Assembly: GCA_964187785.1 (NCBI GenBank)
Contig: OZ076409.1
Location: 13,394,001-13,458,000, forward strand
DNA: 64,000 bases
Direction: 5' to 3'
Source: Amphiscolops sp. MND2022
Lineage: Eukaryota
Shown here: positions 35,215 to 48,900 of the stretch, in pieces
Numbering within the stretch: position 1 is the first letter of the stretch
How the letters are laid out: each line of letters begins with the position of its first letter
Program-made: the position numbers and the translations under genes
Notes under the pieces: generated by a model
Seen by the model: the letters and a program-made list of their open reading frames with translations, nothing else
The model's database searches: none
What the model was told of the DNA's origin: nothing

Positions 35215-35512
35215 TTTTTGCACATGACGAAGTCAATGTACATTGCAGTCCAGCTAAGTAAGTTTTTTTTCCACAATAGTCAACTTCATAATGAACGCCT
35301 TTTAGAAAAAAGCCAAAACCCCAGAGAGATTCGAACCTGCAGCCTCCCGATTGCACGGCATAAGTGTTGACCACTGTGCCATAGGGACGTTATTGAACAA
35401 AGTTGAACTGTTGAATATATACGCATGCGATTGAATATATACGATTTTTCGGCATTCGTCTAGCCATGATTCGTCTTCGTCATGTGTTGCGAAGCACTGC
35501 TTCGCCTCTGTG
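35215..35512 (+). mobile_element. Second family-C Helentron-like copy
   Basis: High similarity to 34155-34452 with the same termini. Confidence 0.65.
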
Positions 35513-35782
35513 TTCCAGTTTGATCCGTTAAATACCAAACTTTGTCTTTAAAGAATTTCGTTCAATTGGATTCATAGAAGTTTTCATCACATTGTTCTCG
35601 GAATGACCTTGCTGAACCTTTTTTAATTGAGAGCACGCTTTGTCTGTGAAAACTTTCAATCGTTTTAAATAGCAATGCATAATGTTCGTTGTTACTTGGA
35701 ATTGATAAATCTCAAGATCTTTCCACGCTTGCGATCTAAAAAACAGTTGAATTCAATTGCCCCATTTTATGATCGTTTCTAG

Positions 35783-35939
35783 AGTCGGAAGGCATTAGCT
35801 AGAGAAAGATTATTGGTGATGAGAAAAACAAAGATTTCTTTGAAGTTACCATCAAGCTGTTTCATTTCAGATCTTTTCAAACCCGACAAAATTTTCAGTT
35901 CTGCCAAGCCTTGTCCTTTCTGGAGATGCGCAGACAAAG
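35783..35939 (+). CDS. Host gene exon (...DLFKPDKIFSSAKPCPFWRCADK)
   Basis: ttctag| acceptor (alternative acceptor at 35870); AAAG|gtatgt donor, phase 1. Confidence 0.55.
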
Positions 35940-35976
35940 GTATGTACATTAAACTACACACAAAGAAGTGTCTTTG

Positions 35977-36340
35977 TTTTTATGAGTTTGAAAAAAATTT
36001 CGACTACTTGTGCATTCTCCCGACCTTTCAATGAAAATTTCAAATTTCTCGAAACTGTCCATACGGTTTCATAAATTTGAGCAGTCATTCAACACCCAAA
36101 AGTGCTCCTGCGGTCGCAATGACATCAAAATCGTATGGCTGGGATCTGAGAAACGGCCAATTTGGGACTTTTTTCGATTTTCTCAAAAACGTTCAAGATC
36201 TGAACGAACTTTTATGGAGTCTTCCTACACAATATAAGGGCGCCATATGTGCAATCTCGTCAAACTTGTATGACTGGAATTCGAGCGAGTTAGAATGAAA
36301 AGCCCTAATCCGACTCCTTTCCGCACATGCGGCCGTTGTT
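35977..36340 (+). mobile_element. Family-B Helentron-like copy filling most of an intron
   Basis: Homologous to 1859-2309; ends ccgactcctttccgcacatgcggccgttgtt. Confidence 0.6.
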
Positions 36341-36373
36341 CACTCAGTTTGTCATTTCGAATATATATTTCAG

Positions 36374-36687
36374 ATTGCTTCACTTTGAAAATATACGGAA
36401 CGAAACCAGATGCTTTGTTCGCCATTTTGGAAAGGTTGAGCGAGGAATCTGTGTTAACGTCGCAGTTACTGAGCTTTCACACTGACATGCGAAATCATGA
36501 GAAACAAGTGAACTCTGCCAGTAGTAAAATCAAGAGCAAGTGGCGGAGCGTCAAAAGCGCAGTCTCTGAGCAGGCTAACGTCATGACTGGTGCTCAGGAC
36601 GAGGAGGAAAAGCAGGATAACTTCGACGACTACGTCCCAAAAATGCCGTCTAAAGCAGGAATGCTGAAATCCATGCTGCTCGGATAA
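36374..36687 (+). CDS. Last coding exon of host gene (DCFTLKIYG...MLKSMLLG*)
   Basis: tttcag| acceptor phase 1, open to TAA at 36685-36687, higher GC than flanks. Confidence 0.65.
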
Positions 36688-37559
36688 AACTATGCATTAC
36701 CTCCTGGAGTTTTGATTAGTTATCTTAGTGTGTCAGATAGTTTATATTTCCATTTAATACTGAATATTATAATTTCATCTTGAATTTTGAAAATTCATTT
36801 TTCTTCCCTTATAAATTTGCTGCATATATAACCGAAAAATTGAACATGAATTTCGCTGTCAAAATCCGTTTTCAATTTCGCCCCGGAAAAGGAAGGCAGA
36901 GTTATACAACCAATGTTTTGACTCTAATTAATTTATATTTTAACCTAGGAAGTTTTGACGTGTAACCATTTCCGAAACACTGACGTTATATCCGAAAAAT
37001 GGTTTGCCAGAAGCGAGGTTCTTCATACTCGAAGTTTTTCATCTTTTTGTACTTGCGATAAGCTTTTTTCTGCACGACAACTCATTTCAGCCGGTAAGTG
37101 GTAAGCCTCAGTTCAGGTATTCGTGGTCAAGTGGTGGTAAGATGCTTGCTTTTCAACCCAAAAGGTTCGTGTTCGAACCGGTGCGTATGTACTAATTTGT
37201 TTACAAGCCTTCCGAAGCAGAAGGTTTCCACTTTTTGGCATGATTAGACTCCACCCCTTTCGGCTTTGTGAGACTTCGATTTTTTTTAGTTTCTCCAAAG
37301 GGCCCCCTTGTTTTTTGATATTTTGCAGCAGAAAGAATGTTGAAATATCCCAAAGGGTCCCTTCCTTCAGATTTTTTGGCACCATGAGACTTCAATTTCC
37401 TCATTTCTTGGTAGAATTTTATAGAAATCTTTTGGCCAGGTCGTGTGGATTAGAAAAAAATTCACTAGTTTAGTCAGGTTTCACTTCATGAAGCGCCGAC
37501 AAAAAAGAAGAATGCTATTCAAAAAAAGGAAAAAATTGGATTTTTTCTCATCAGCGATG

Positions 37560-39850
37560 CAATGAATGCCAAACAGGACTAGCTGCGCTTGGTTTTCTGT
37601 CAACTTTCAAGAAGCTAATCCATGTTTTTATTATTTCTGCGATAGCAGGAATATTATTGAAATCTGAATTATTCAGTTTTTTCGTCTGATTCCGAATGCC
37701 TACTTATAAATTCAGATATTGTCTTCAGCAGTGAGTATAAGCGTGAGATTGAATTTGTACTGCGAATTCAATGAAATGAAGCTGCGAACGTTCGTAATTG
37801 TTTTCGTACGCCGAGTTGAGAAGAATCGAAGCAGTGGTAATTATTCGTTCGCCGAGAGCTTCGACTGCATTCAACTGTGAATGGAACCTTCGTCTACGCT
37901 TAGTATATATTTTCTTCAGTCCGAGAAAAATTAAAGGTGGTGTAAGTAAACTGGTAGATTGATTAATTGTGCGCTATTCTTGGAGTGGCTGTTTGAAGAT
38001 ATAACTAGCTCGAACAAAACCAATAAGCACGTTATTATACTAGGTGATTTCAACGTTCACCTCGCTAAAAGTTCGTATTATCAGGCACACTCAAGTCTTT
38101 CAACCTACCTTTAAGTAGTCCTCTAGGTGTTATGAGAGAGCAAGGTGACTCAATGATCTTTATCAGAGCAAGACTTTATCAGATCTAATCTGACTTTGAA
38201 ATATCATCGACTCGAGTGTATGAATGCAGTATCACAGATCACTATTTTGTGTGGGTTTTAGTCGAGAAACCATTGAAAAATGACATTTTGACTCCAACGT
38301 ATCGGAAGTGTAACAATTTTCTAAAAAGTGGAACGAATTTATAAAAGTAGTTTGTAAAGAATTAACATTAGAGCAATGTTTCGAAATGCCGGCTGCGTTG
38401 AACTTGGAGGCAGCTGATTCATATGCTCCGGTAAAAACAGTGCTTGTCAGCGAAAAGAATTAGGTGGACAATTAGCTGAAAAGATAATTGAACAAAGGTG
38501 ATCATCTGCATAAAGCTTGGGAGGAAAAACCAAAAATTCATGCTAAAAAGATGCCTATCGCACACAGAGGAATTTTGTTAAAAAATAATACCAGAGATCA
38601 GAAAAAAAGCATGTTCAATGTATTTTCGGCGTTGGTCAAGATGTCAGGCGATTTCGTCGACAATTGACTAAGATAATTTGTAACGCCTTCAATCCTGTGT
38701 TCCTTTACTTCAATTCAACCTTTTTTGGACATTTTCAACGGATGCTTCGTCGAATTCGGTTCCAATCTACAGAAGACATTACCTTCTGTACATCCATTCC
38801 ATATAACATGAGACAAATTGAGTTTGTGTTTCTCCAACCAGTTTCTGAATTGGAGGTTGAAAAAAATTTCAGCTTTCAAAAATTGTTCTCAACAGGCCCT
38901 GATGACGTCTCAGCTAAATTGATTCAATTATCTTATTCAGCTTGGATAACTTTGTCCAATTTCATTACTGCCTCCGTCAGCTAAAATTTGCGTTTCCGTG
39001 AACAGTTTATACGATTGATGCCCTTGCATGTTTGGTTGAGCAATCAGATACTGTCTAGATGGAAAAGATTCTTTTAGTTTTGTCTTCATAGATGTGGAAA
39101 AAGCTTTCGATAGAATTGATCAAGAAATACTCTCGGAAAAACATAATGAATACGGTTTCAGGGACCTATTTTTTTCTTGCCTCATTCCCATTTTAACAAA
39201 CAGGAAATAATCCATTCAAATTGGGAATGAAGAGTCCTCGGTGGAAGATGTCGTTTGCAGTGTATCTCAAGATTCTGTTGTCGGGCCGCTGTTTGTCTTC
39301 TTGTATGTCAATGACTTACCTAGCTTGATGGACTCAGATGTGAAGCTTTATGAAGCCTCATTTAAACTACCTCATTTGAACTACCTTGGTGTTGAAATCG
39401 GTGAATGATTGTCGTTAAGCGATCACATTCAAAAGGTAAATCTAAATTATTTTTCTGTAAGTACTGTCTTACGTACAAGATCGCTCTTTACCGGAACTCA
39501 GTTCTTACCCCATTACGGAACACATGTCAAGACGATTTCCACGAAATTTTCGAAGTTCAGAAATAATTATAGGTTATATCTGTTTTCCACCCAAACACGC
39601 TAGTGAGACTGATTATATGACTGAAAATGAAATTCCAAATGTTTACGACCAACACATTCATGAGCTTTTTGAATTTTTAAAACCTCTATCTGTCATGAAC
39701 ACTCTCATTATTCGCTCCACGAAATGTTAACACCCCAAGAGGTTAAATATTGTCTACGATCTATTGACAGAATGGAGACTTCGGTTCTTTTCGAAAACAC
39801 GAAGAAATTCAATCATTCGTTAACGAAACGGATTCCTAAGCTGTACATTA
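37560..39850 (+). mobile_element. Decayed non-LTR retrotransposon (APE endonuclease + RT, CR1/L2-like)
   Basis: Remnants VIILGDFNV (~38031-38057), ITDHY, TGPDDVS, FIDVEKAFDRIDQEIL (~39085-39132), VSQDSVVGPL, YVNDLP. Confidence 0.75.
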
Positions 39851-41860
39851 CAATAACAAGCCGTGACAAAAGCCGTGACATAACAATAACATTACAATAA
39901 CAAGCCGTGACAAAAACCTAGGAATGGTTTTTTACCTGACATATCCCCAATTCAATCCTACACTCTATCAGATTAATTGATATCATCATAGCGTTTTCAG
40001 AAGCTTAGTTGTAGGTAATCCAGAGTTGGTAGGCTTCGTGTTTGATATCGTTTCAGACCATCGAATCGGAATTTTTCGTGGGATTGTTCGTGGGACAAAA
40101 AAAGATCATTGGAATCTTTCCATCTTCCATAAGCTTCCGCAGGACAGCTGTAAAAATCCATCGTTTGCGTTACAATGAGCTCTTCTCTATGGTCCCCGTG
40201 ATCTTTGCGGGCTCTTGGGTCAGTAAAGTTGGCCATCATATGTGCGGAAGATTGAGGGTATCAGTGGTCACTAGTTCCAATTTTTAAACCGATTGCGAGA
40301 TGGTTTCAGTCATTTTGTTGTTCCCCTGCTAGTGTTGACTCCTCTGACATTTGGTATTCCACGGTATATGTCTAAAGTTTCGGATCATTGACTTTTCTGC
40401 TCACAAGAAGTTATATCCATGCACGAGTATTCCTCTTAATTACTTGAGTAATCGTTCACTTCACTCAACTATGTCTCCAGTAGACTATTGGTGTTCCATA
40501 GGAACAGTTACTGTCGCTTTCAGATTCGGTCGCTGCTTGCTTTCACATTTTTAAAGAACCCCGCGTTTTTTCTCTGGCTAGCCTGCAATGCAATAAACTA
40601 TGACCATTTTTGAAAAAAAATCAAAAAGAACACCTGTTGGATACATTGCTTTTTCTATTGCGTGAAATAGGCTTCCGTCAAGCGGTCTTCTGCCTTTGGA
40701 AGTTTTTCTGATGAATTGGTGCTATGTAATTTTTTTCATTGGAATTGTTTATATATTATGAAACAGAGTAATTAAATTATTGTTAACATTTCGAACTTTA
40801 CCTCAGAAAGCTTCAAACATCGAACTTTTTTCCAGACCTAAATCATTATTTCTGAACCTCAGAAATAGGTTGTTCTATCAATCTGATTTATTTATTAGGT
40901 TATTCATGCTGAAATAATTAGCGTGACATAAAATAAAGTCGTCAAGGACCGTAAAACCAGTTTCTCTACTGAACACATTGTTAGACTTTGATCGATTGTG
41001 TCTTCCTTGTACTTACCCGGGCTTACTAGAGGACACCATATGAAGATTGCGAGATTGAAAAATATGTTCTGTCAACGTCGATCATACTTGCCAAACCGGT
41101 TCCTAGAAAGGTTGAAATCGAGGCATGAATTGTAGGTCTTTTACATTTTGCGGTCTCGTTTCCTGTTTGATGCATCAGGAAGCTCTTTCTTTATTCTACA
41201 GCTGCCCCCGATTTGCTTCTAAGGTATAACCCATAGTTTCATGTATGTAGGTGTCTATATAAGCAATCTAAGAATGAGTAGTTTGATGATTCCTAAATGC
41301 AGCGATGGTGAAACACAGTGGTTGACATTCAGCATGATGTCTCATGGTTATCGCCACTTTTTTCAAAAAATTTACAAAAATCTACTGATGAATGCAAACA
41401 CATGGATAACAGCAGAAAGCGGGGAAGCCCGATATATGATTTTCGAAGTCAACTTGGGAGCGATCTAAATTTTCATTTATTAAAATACATCAAATGTGAA
41501 AAAATGAAAAAGCAGTCAGTCGTTGAATTTTTGTGACCTTGAGCAATACACTGAAAACCGATTGAATCTTATTGTAGAAACCTAAAAAGTGGAATAAAAT
41601 GTAAAAAGCGGGAAAACCTTTTGAACGCGGGAATAAAGACTACAATTCGAGAATATCGCCAAATTACGTCTGAACATGGGATCAACGCTAAAAAGGTATC
41701 CAAAAAGCGGTACCGTTAATTATGGATAAATAACGTGAATGAATAACAAAATAGTGAGCGAAGTTTCGGCGAAAAAAGAGTATCAATTGAAATCGGTTCA
41801 ATCAATTTCAGTATTTTTCAATTGAGTATCAAAAAACGCCGTAGTGCGATAATTTGCAAA

Positions 41861-42101
41861 CATGACGTTTCGTACACAAGACATTTCGTACAAAATATAA
41901 AATCGGACATTTCGTACAAAAATAAAATTGGGCATCTCGTACACAATCTGATACAAAATTAGTATTACTGGAACAAAATGATTTTGCTCATCTGATGATC
42001 ATTTTGAACTTGTTTTTGCCTCATTTTGATTCACATTTTGTACGAATCGTCCATGTACGAGATGTCCGGTTTTTGACCAGTGTACGAAATGTCGTCGTGC
42101 C
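41861..42101. mobile_element. MULE-like MITE with tandemly repetitive TIRs
   Basis: Left arm repeats gacatttcgtaca; right arm repeats tgtacgaaatgtc. Confidence 0.6.
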
Positions 42102-42311
42102 GAAATACGCTGTCGATGCATCGAAATCAGTCACATATTAAACGGGTTCCATTCTCGGAATCAAAAATTTCAGCGACAAAAACGCAGCGTCACAAGTCTA
42201 GATTAAAAATTCAAGGAGCGATTGTATCGAGGATTACGCAATGAATTCTGGGAAGTTCGAAGAAGCTTTAGAGGCACTCTTATGAACGTACCTTCAAGAT
42301 AGATTTATTGC

Positions 42312-43384
42312 TTTTTTAGGAGTCGGAAAAAATTTCGACTACTTATGCAATCGTGCTGTTTTTTTGTTTTTTTTTCTCCCGACCTTTTCATGAAAATTTC
42401 AAATTTCAAAAACTGTCCATACGATTTTCACGAAATTTTGCACAGTCATTCTACACCCAAAGGGGCCCCTGCGTGTGCAAAGGCATCAAAATCGTCGCAA
42501 AGGCATCAAAAAATGTGCAAAGGCATCAAAATCAAAGCTGCCGACAACAATTCAATTCTAGTGCGATGGAACAAGCGAGTGGTAATTATCCATTCGTATG
42601 CTGACGTCATTGAGATGAAGCGAGCGAATGTTCGTAATTGTGCTTTTGTTGCCCCGAGTTATTGAGATGAAGCGAGTGAGTGTTAATTATTCAATCGTTG
42701 AGAGCTTCGCCTGCATTCAAATGCGAATGCGAAACTTCGTCTACGCTTAGTAGTTATATTTTCTTTGGTCCGAGAAGAATTAAAGGCGGTGTAAACTTGT
42801 ACAGTGATTACATGTAATTGTGCGCTAAATAATGATTGAACAAGAGTGTATTGGTATTCCAGATATGATTCTTTTATTAATGATTTTTTTTGTTTCAAAA
42901 GAAATAAAGATTAAAGCAGAAATAGTACTGAGCCATGGAGGGGCCTATTTTCTCAAAAACTGTCCATACGATTCGAACGAAATTTTCAACAGTTATTCTA
43001 CACCATTTTAGAGTCCTATATGTGCAATGGCATCAAAATCGTATAGCTGGGATGTGAGAAACATAGCCAAAATTAGCCCAAAAATGGCCAAAAAATAGTC
43101 ATTTTTCGATTTTTTCGATTCTCTCAAAAACTGTCCATACGATTCGAAAAAAATTTTCTACAGTCATTCTACACCATATTATGGTCCTTTATGTGCAATT
43201 TCATTAAATTCGTATGGCTGGGATGTGAGAAACATAGCCAAATTTAGCCCAAAATGGCCAAAAAAAACAGTCATTTTTTCGATTTTTTCGATTATCTCAC
43301 TAACTGTTCACACGATTCGAACGAAAGAGAGTCAGAAGGAAAAAGACTTAAGCCGAATCCTTTACCGCATATGCGGCTCTGGTT
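42312..43384 (+). mobile_element. Family-B Helentron-like copy interrupted by a LINE fragment (~42540-42830, similar to ~37700-37980)
   Basis: Starts ttttttaggagtcgg, ends ccgcatatgcggctctggtt; internal duplicated blocks. Confidence 0.6.
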
Positions 43385-45999
43385 TGGAAATCTGATGGAT
43401 CGATTGATTTCGAGCAAGAAAGTTAGTGCATATTCGTTGTTTACTGCCAAAAACGTTCCATAAAAATTTGTCTTGAATCTTTCCAAAATCGAATGAATTC
43501 CAATTTCGATGGAACGCATGCATCGAGGTTGAAACCTGTCTTTCGAGGTTGAAAACGTTTTTGTACAAATTACAGATATCTCCGAATGCCTGAGCGCTCT
43601 GCTGGCTCTTGTTTTTGATTTTTCTTTCAGTGTTGTTCTATTCTAAAGTTTTCTAGGCTGAGAGAAGAGATTGGATTGAAACAGTTTCTATTTCTAGCAA
43701 CTGTACTTCATATCAAGCGTAACAATGTAGTTTGAATAAATGTCTTCTTGTGTTTGTTTCACAATAACTCTGTTACGACTGGCGTACGAGTCGTTATTTT
43801 GTGTCGAAATTATCCTGACTGATTAGTGGGGTAAAGAAATTTCTCGTATCATTTTCGGGCTTCTCTCTAGAATTCGCATTTGCTCTGGATTTTAGCATAC
43901 TTAACATTTCTCTCTGAGATTCAACAAGTAGATTCCTAATTTCCGAAGTGATTTCGTCTTTCAAAGAAATACTAAGCTTTCTATGACGCTATTCTCTATT
44001 CCAGGTGATTTTGGGTTTGAAGGACCCGCTACCGAGACGTCTTGGACTACATGGGTATCATCCTCCCTCAAAACCGGCGAAATTAAACCTTCACTTACGT
44101 TGTAGACAGTTTGAAAGATTTTGATTTCAAGGTGAATTCAATGATGATTTCAAACAGAATTTGTTTTTTTTAGCAATTAAAAGTGTTCGACTGATTTTTA
44201 CTGAAGGCAAAAGACTCAGTCCCTCAATCATCATCACACATCATAATTATACCCTCCTAGCACCATTTGATCACGAAAGAATCTCTAATTTTCATCGGAC
44301 AATTCGTCATTTCCTGTTTTTTTTTATTATCAAAAATTCATCTTGATCCTCAATTTAAGTCGACACATCGTCAAATTTTAAGACATGGAAATTCTAATTC
44401 AGCATTAGTCATCGAATGTGGTCATATCATTTCATTTTGGCGTCCTTTTTGTTTCCTCCCGAGCAGGAAGTAGATTTTAATTCAGTCCGTCAATCCGGAA
44501 ACAATTCCCTGTTTTGCTGCCTTGGTTCGCGGGAAACTTGATGCTGAGATGACGCTGACGTGAAAAACAAAGACCTGATTTTGAAATTTGACTTGAAAAT
44601 AAGAGTATGGCTAATCTTATCGACACCTATTCGAAATGATGCTAGGAAAGGGAGAATTTACAGCAGTTTGATAGTGACTGAATTAATCATTTCCAACAAA
44701 TGTCCAAAAACTTTGATATACAGATTGGTTCACTGTACAATAACACAAATTAGTAAAACAACAAATACGAACTGTTAACGGAATGGAAACGACTACAAAC
44801 AGGAGCAACGAGCATTACAAAAATGAAAAGTAGTGTATCAAATTACAAATACTGATTATAAGTATTGATGAAGATAGTAAACGTTTACAAAAGCACACAC
44901 ATAATATTAATTCACGAAGTCTGGCAAAACTTCAATTTTTTGACGCATTGACTAAATTAGCCTCAAGTTTATTCTGTATCATAATCGACAATATCAGACA
45001 AAACCATAGTTAATGGTGCGCATTGTTTGTCCATAGTACGTCAAAGATAATAAACTGTGACCTTGCCCTTTATTTCCTATATCATTGAAACTTTAAGTTA
45101 AATCCTATCCCTCTCTTTACCTTAAAAGGCTTGTGGAAATATTATCACTGATGGACAAAGACGGTTCTTTAGATGGATTTTGGACGTAACGCGGACGTAA
45201 ATTCTTTTCTGGACTAGGTCCACTATTATAGTGTACGTAAAATCTTTACTTAGACTTAGTCTACAAAAACCAGTGACGTAGTATTTGCTGATAATTGGAA
45301 TGATTTCTGAGGTACTTGTAAAGCGTTGGTAAGATACCGGCGGATAATTGGAAATATTTCTTACCAGCATGTGCGCTGTAGTGACGTCAACAGACGGGCC
45401 TTCATTATCGTTTACGTCCTTGCGACGTCACATGTATAATATTATTTTGCTGCCGCCGCAATCTTTATTTACATAGCGCTCTACCGACGTTCCAAACCGA
45501 TTTAATTGCTGTCCGAAAGCAATTAACTTGCCTTATTTTGACAAGGCGTAATCTCTTAACGTGTATTTCAACGTGGTTTTCATTTTAGATCTGATTAAGT
45601 GCTCTTTTTAGAGATAATTCTTGTATCTAGTTTTCATTTAGATTAGTTCATGATTTCAATCCTGAGACGCAGTTTTAGTTTAATTTCAGGTGGAGAATGT
45701 GATCACATAATTCGTGGCTTAAACGTCTCGGCGGAAATGCGTGAACTCATTTTAATTTGATCAATCACTAGTATTCATAACTATCTGAGAATATGCGTAA
45801 AGTAGGCAAATTTGTTTTTGGTCACAGTTTATTTGTTTGTTTTTAGCGGTTAAAGTATGTTTTCGCAAACCTTGCGGTGCACCCATGACCACGGCCAAAT
45901 CCAACTCTTGGACAGCCACAACCTAGTCCGGGACCGGACTGTGACAAACTCCCAGTGTTCTAGACACTGGTAGAACTAAAACACGGCACCGGATTGAAC

Positions 46000-48900
46000 A
46001 GTATAAAATTTCCACCTTTTTCTTCCTCCCTCTTTTGCCACATGAAGTTCGATGATGGTCCCGGGTGTTGCGTTTCCTGGAAGGAAATCTGATGGCTGTT
46101 GGATAATCTCCAGTTGATGTTTCGCCTTTTTGACCTGTTCCACGTCCTACCTCTACGGTATACAACGTTCATTAGATGTTCAAAATTACAACCCCAGCAG
46201 AAATTTCCAGTGTATTTAAGCCGTAGTTTTGTCTCAAAACTCTCATCCGATATCTCTTCGTCGGTGTGTATATGTTTTGCTTCCTTTACCGGATTGGTCC
46301 GGATATGCGCGTATCTTCCGTTACGTTAGGATGTATTCCCAGAGGACACCATATTAAGATAGTGAGATTACCAAATATCTTCTCACAACTGTGATTAAAC
46401 TTGCCAAACTGGTCACCTGAAAGGTTGAAATCCGGCAAAGAATTGTAAGTCATTAACATTTTGCGATCTTGTTTCTTGTTTGTTGCATCAAGTAGCTCTT
46501 TCTTTATTCTACAGCTGCCCCCGATTTGCTTCTAAGGTATAACCAATCGTTGCATGTATGTAGGTCTATACAACATCAAGTAATATTTTGTCCTGGTGTC
46601 TTCCGGCATTTCCTCGTCGCCATCGTCGTCGGATTCACTGCCGTTTTTTTGTTTTGGACGATCTTCAGTTTTCCGTTCAATTTGTCAGTGCCATCTTTCC
46701 TATCTCTTCCTATTTTGACACCGTAGGCAGCGCCTGTTCTTCGGGATTCTTTGCTGTTTTTAGGACTTACCGTCTCGTCTTTCTTTCGGTCTGAAACAGT
46801 GGTCCCAAAATAAAATTTTATCGTTTTTCCGGTATCCCTTTTCACAGTGTTTTCTGTTTCGCTCACCGCGGTTTGTATGTTTTTCTGAAATTTTTCTTCC
46901 ATCGAATTTTCGCTATAATTTTCCTTAACAATTTGAGAGGATATCTAACCGAAAATTTTTTCTGTTTCGAACGTCGAGTCTTCGGCTATGCTTCTCTCCT
47001 CTGCTTTTGTTCTCGCCATCACTTTGTGATTGGTATATCGCCTTCCGCATGGATGCCTATATAGATAGGTAATATTGGTGCTGAATGGTTAATTTCGACC
47101 AATCCGTTGAAAATGTTTTACCATCTTCAACAACGTTTGTTAATTCGGTTCTCGGGATTTTTAGTTCCGTGTGTACGGCAAAGCGCATCACACTGGAAGC
47201 GCTTGGTTCACACTCTCAGTCAGACTTATTCCGTCTTCCATGTTTGCTTTGATTAGGTTTGTCAAAGTTTTTTGCTCTTTCTACTACCCCGTCTCCGTGT
47301 GTTTTCGGAGTCTACAGTATTGAATTTCAATTTTCCAGATTTTGCAAAACTCCCGGTATTCTTTTGAAACGAAAGTGCTTCTTTTTCTTCTGGCCAACAG
47401 AATATCTTCGCTTCGGATATCCTGTTCTTGATGCCGAGTGATTGATATGAAGGATACCAAACAATCGTCTTCTGAGATCTATTGCAATTACTATTTAGTC
47501 ATCGACCGGGCCCCATCTGATTGACAGTTTGTCAAAGTCGGACCGGTAACCATCCGGAATTGCTTCACGGTCTTCTCGGTGCATGCTATATCTCAATCCC
47601 TTCAGTTCGGGATAGATGGCTATTTTCGAGCTCAGCGTTTTCAGGTCCATCGCCATTTTTGGTAATTTCCTTGTTCGGAGTAAGTTTTCCGACGATGCGG
47701 TTGATCTGGATGTACTTTGCTTCTTTCCCATCCGTATCAAAATTGCTCAAATCTTCAATTGATATCGTCGGTTTCCTACCGTATGTCGTCGGTACGACTT
47801 GTTCTGTATTTTCGCCGATTTGTTTTTGATGTTACAGTTGGTGATCACATTCCAGTTTGTTCGCTCTTTTCAATAGTTCTGCATCTATGTCGGCACTTTT
47901 TTTTACTTACGCGTTATGTTCGGGCGTGATAGAGCAAATACTCTTTCCCTTGTGTTTGCGGATCGTACCGGCGTCTCAATGTCCCGGCCGCGATAATGCG
48001 TTCCTCTTCTCGATAAGCCGTCTCGGCTTTGGGGTGTGCTTTTGCTTCCCGAAAATCACCATTAATTCGCGGGTTGGTTGAAAATTTGTCTTTCCCTTTT
48101 AATATTGTAATTTTCTCCCCATTGGTTATTTCGCCCCTATGTAACAAATTTTGTCGGTTCATTTTAAGATGATTTCCTCCTAAATGTCGACTGAATTTCG
48201 GAGTGCTAACCTCAAGCTGCACGGATGTAGTTCTGTTTTGTTGATTTTGTTCACGCTGTTTTCAATCTTGAATGTTCTACTTGTTTGTGATTGGTCCGTT
48301 CTTTGCTCAATTTTTCTTGGTATTCTCGATTGCAATAATGATCCGTTTGTTACGTTCAATTCATCGTGTTTGGTTAAATTGTTGATTATGTAGACTTTCT
48401 CATACTTTTCTACCAACAGAATTTTCCCTATCGGAACTCTATTGAGGTAGTCAGTGAATTTCAAGTTGCTAACTACGATTTGCTGTGTTGAAACATCAAA
48501 GTGAGTTGAGCTTTAATCTTTGGATGTATTGTTTGTTACCTTACCTCGGTTTTTTTATTAAGTAGTTCTAGTGCTTCGTGGTCCTTGCAGAGATACATTT
48601 TGCTTAGTGATAAATTCGGCTTTTCTCCAGTCCCAACACTACCCCCAATAAGTCTAATTCATTGATGTACTTTTTTCATTTCTGTCTTGGCAATAATCTG
48701 CTTCTAATAACTGAGAGTTTTTGTTTCCGTCAATATTTCTGCCAAATGGTCAGTCTCAGTCAGGATTTACTGACGTCCGATGTTATCTTTGTCTATGGCA
48801 TAGTGTGCAAGACCTTGTCTTTCGGTCAGAATTTGTTTGGTGTTCCTGAACTTTTTGTCTTGTTCATCTCCTTGTTTCTCCAATTTACATAGTTCACTTT

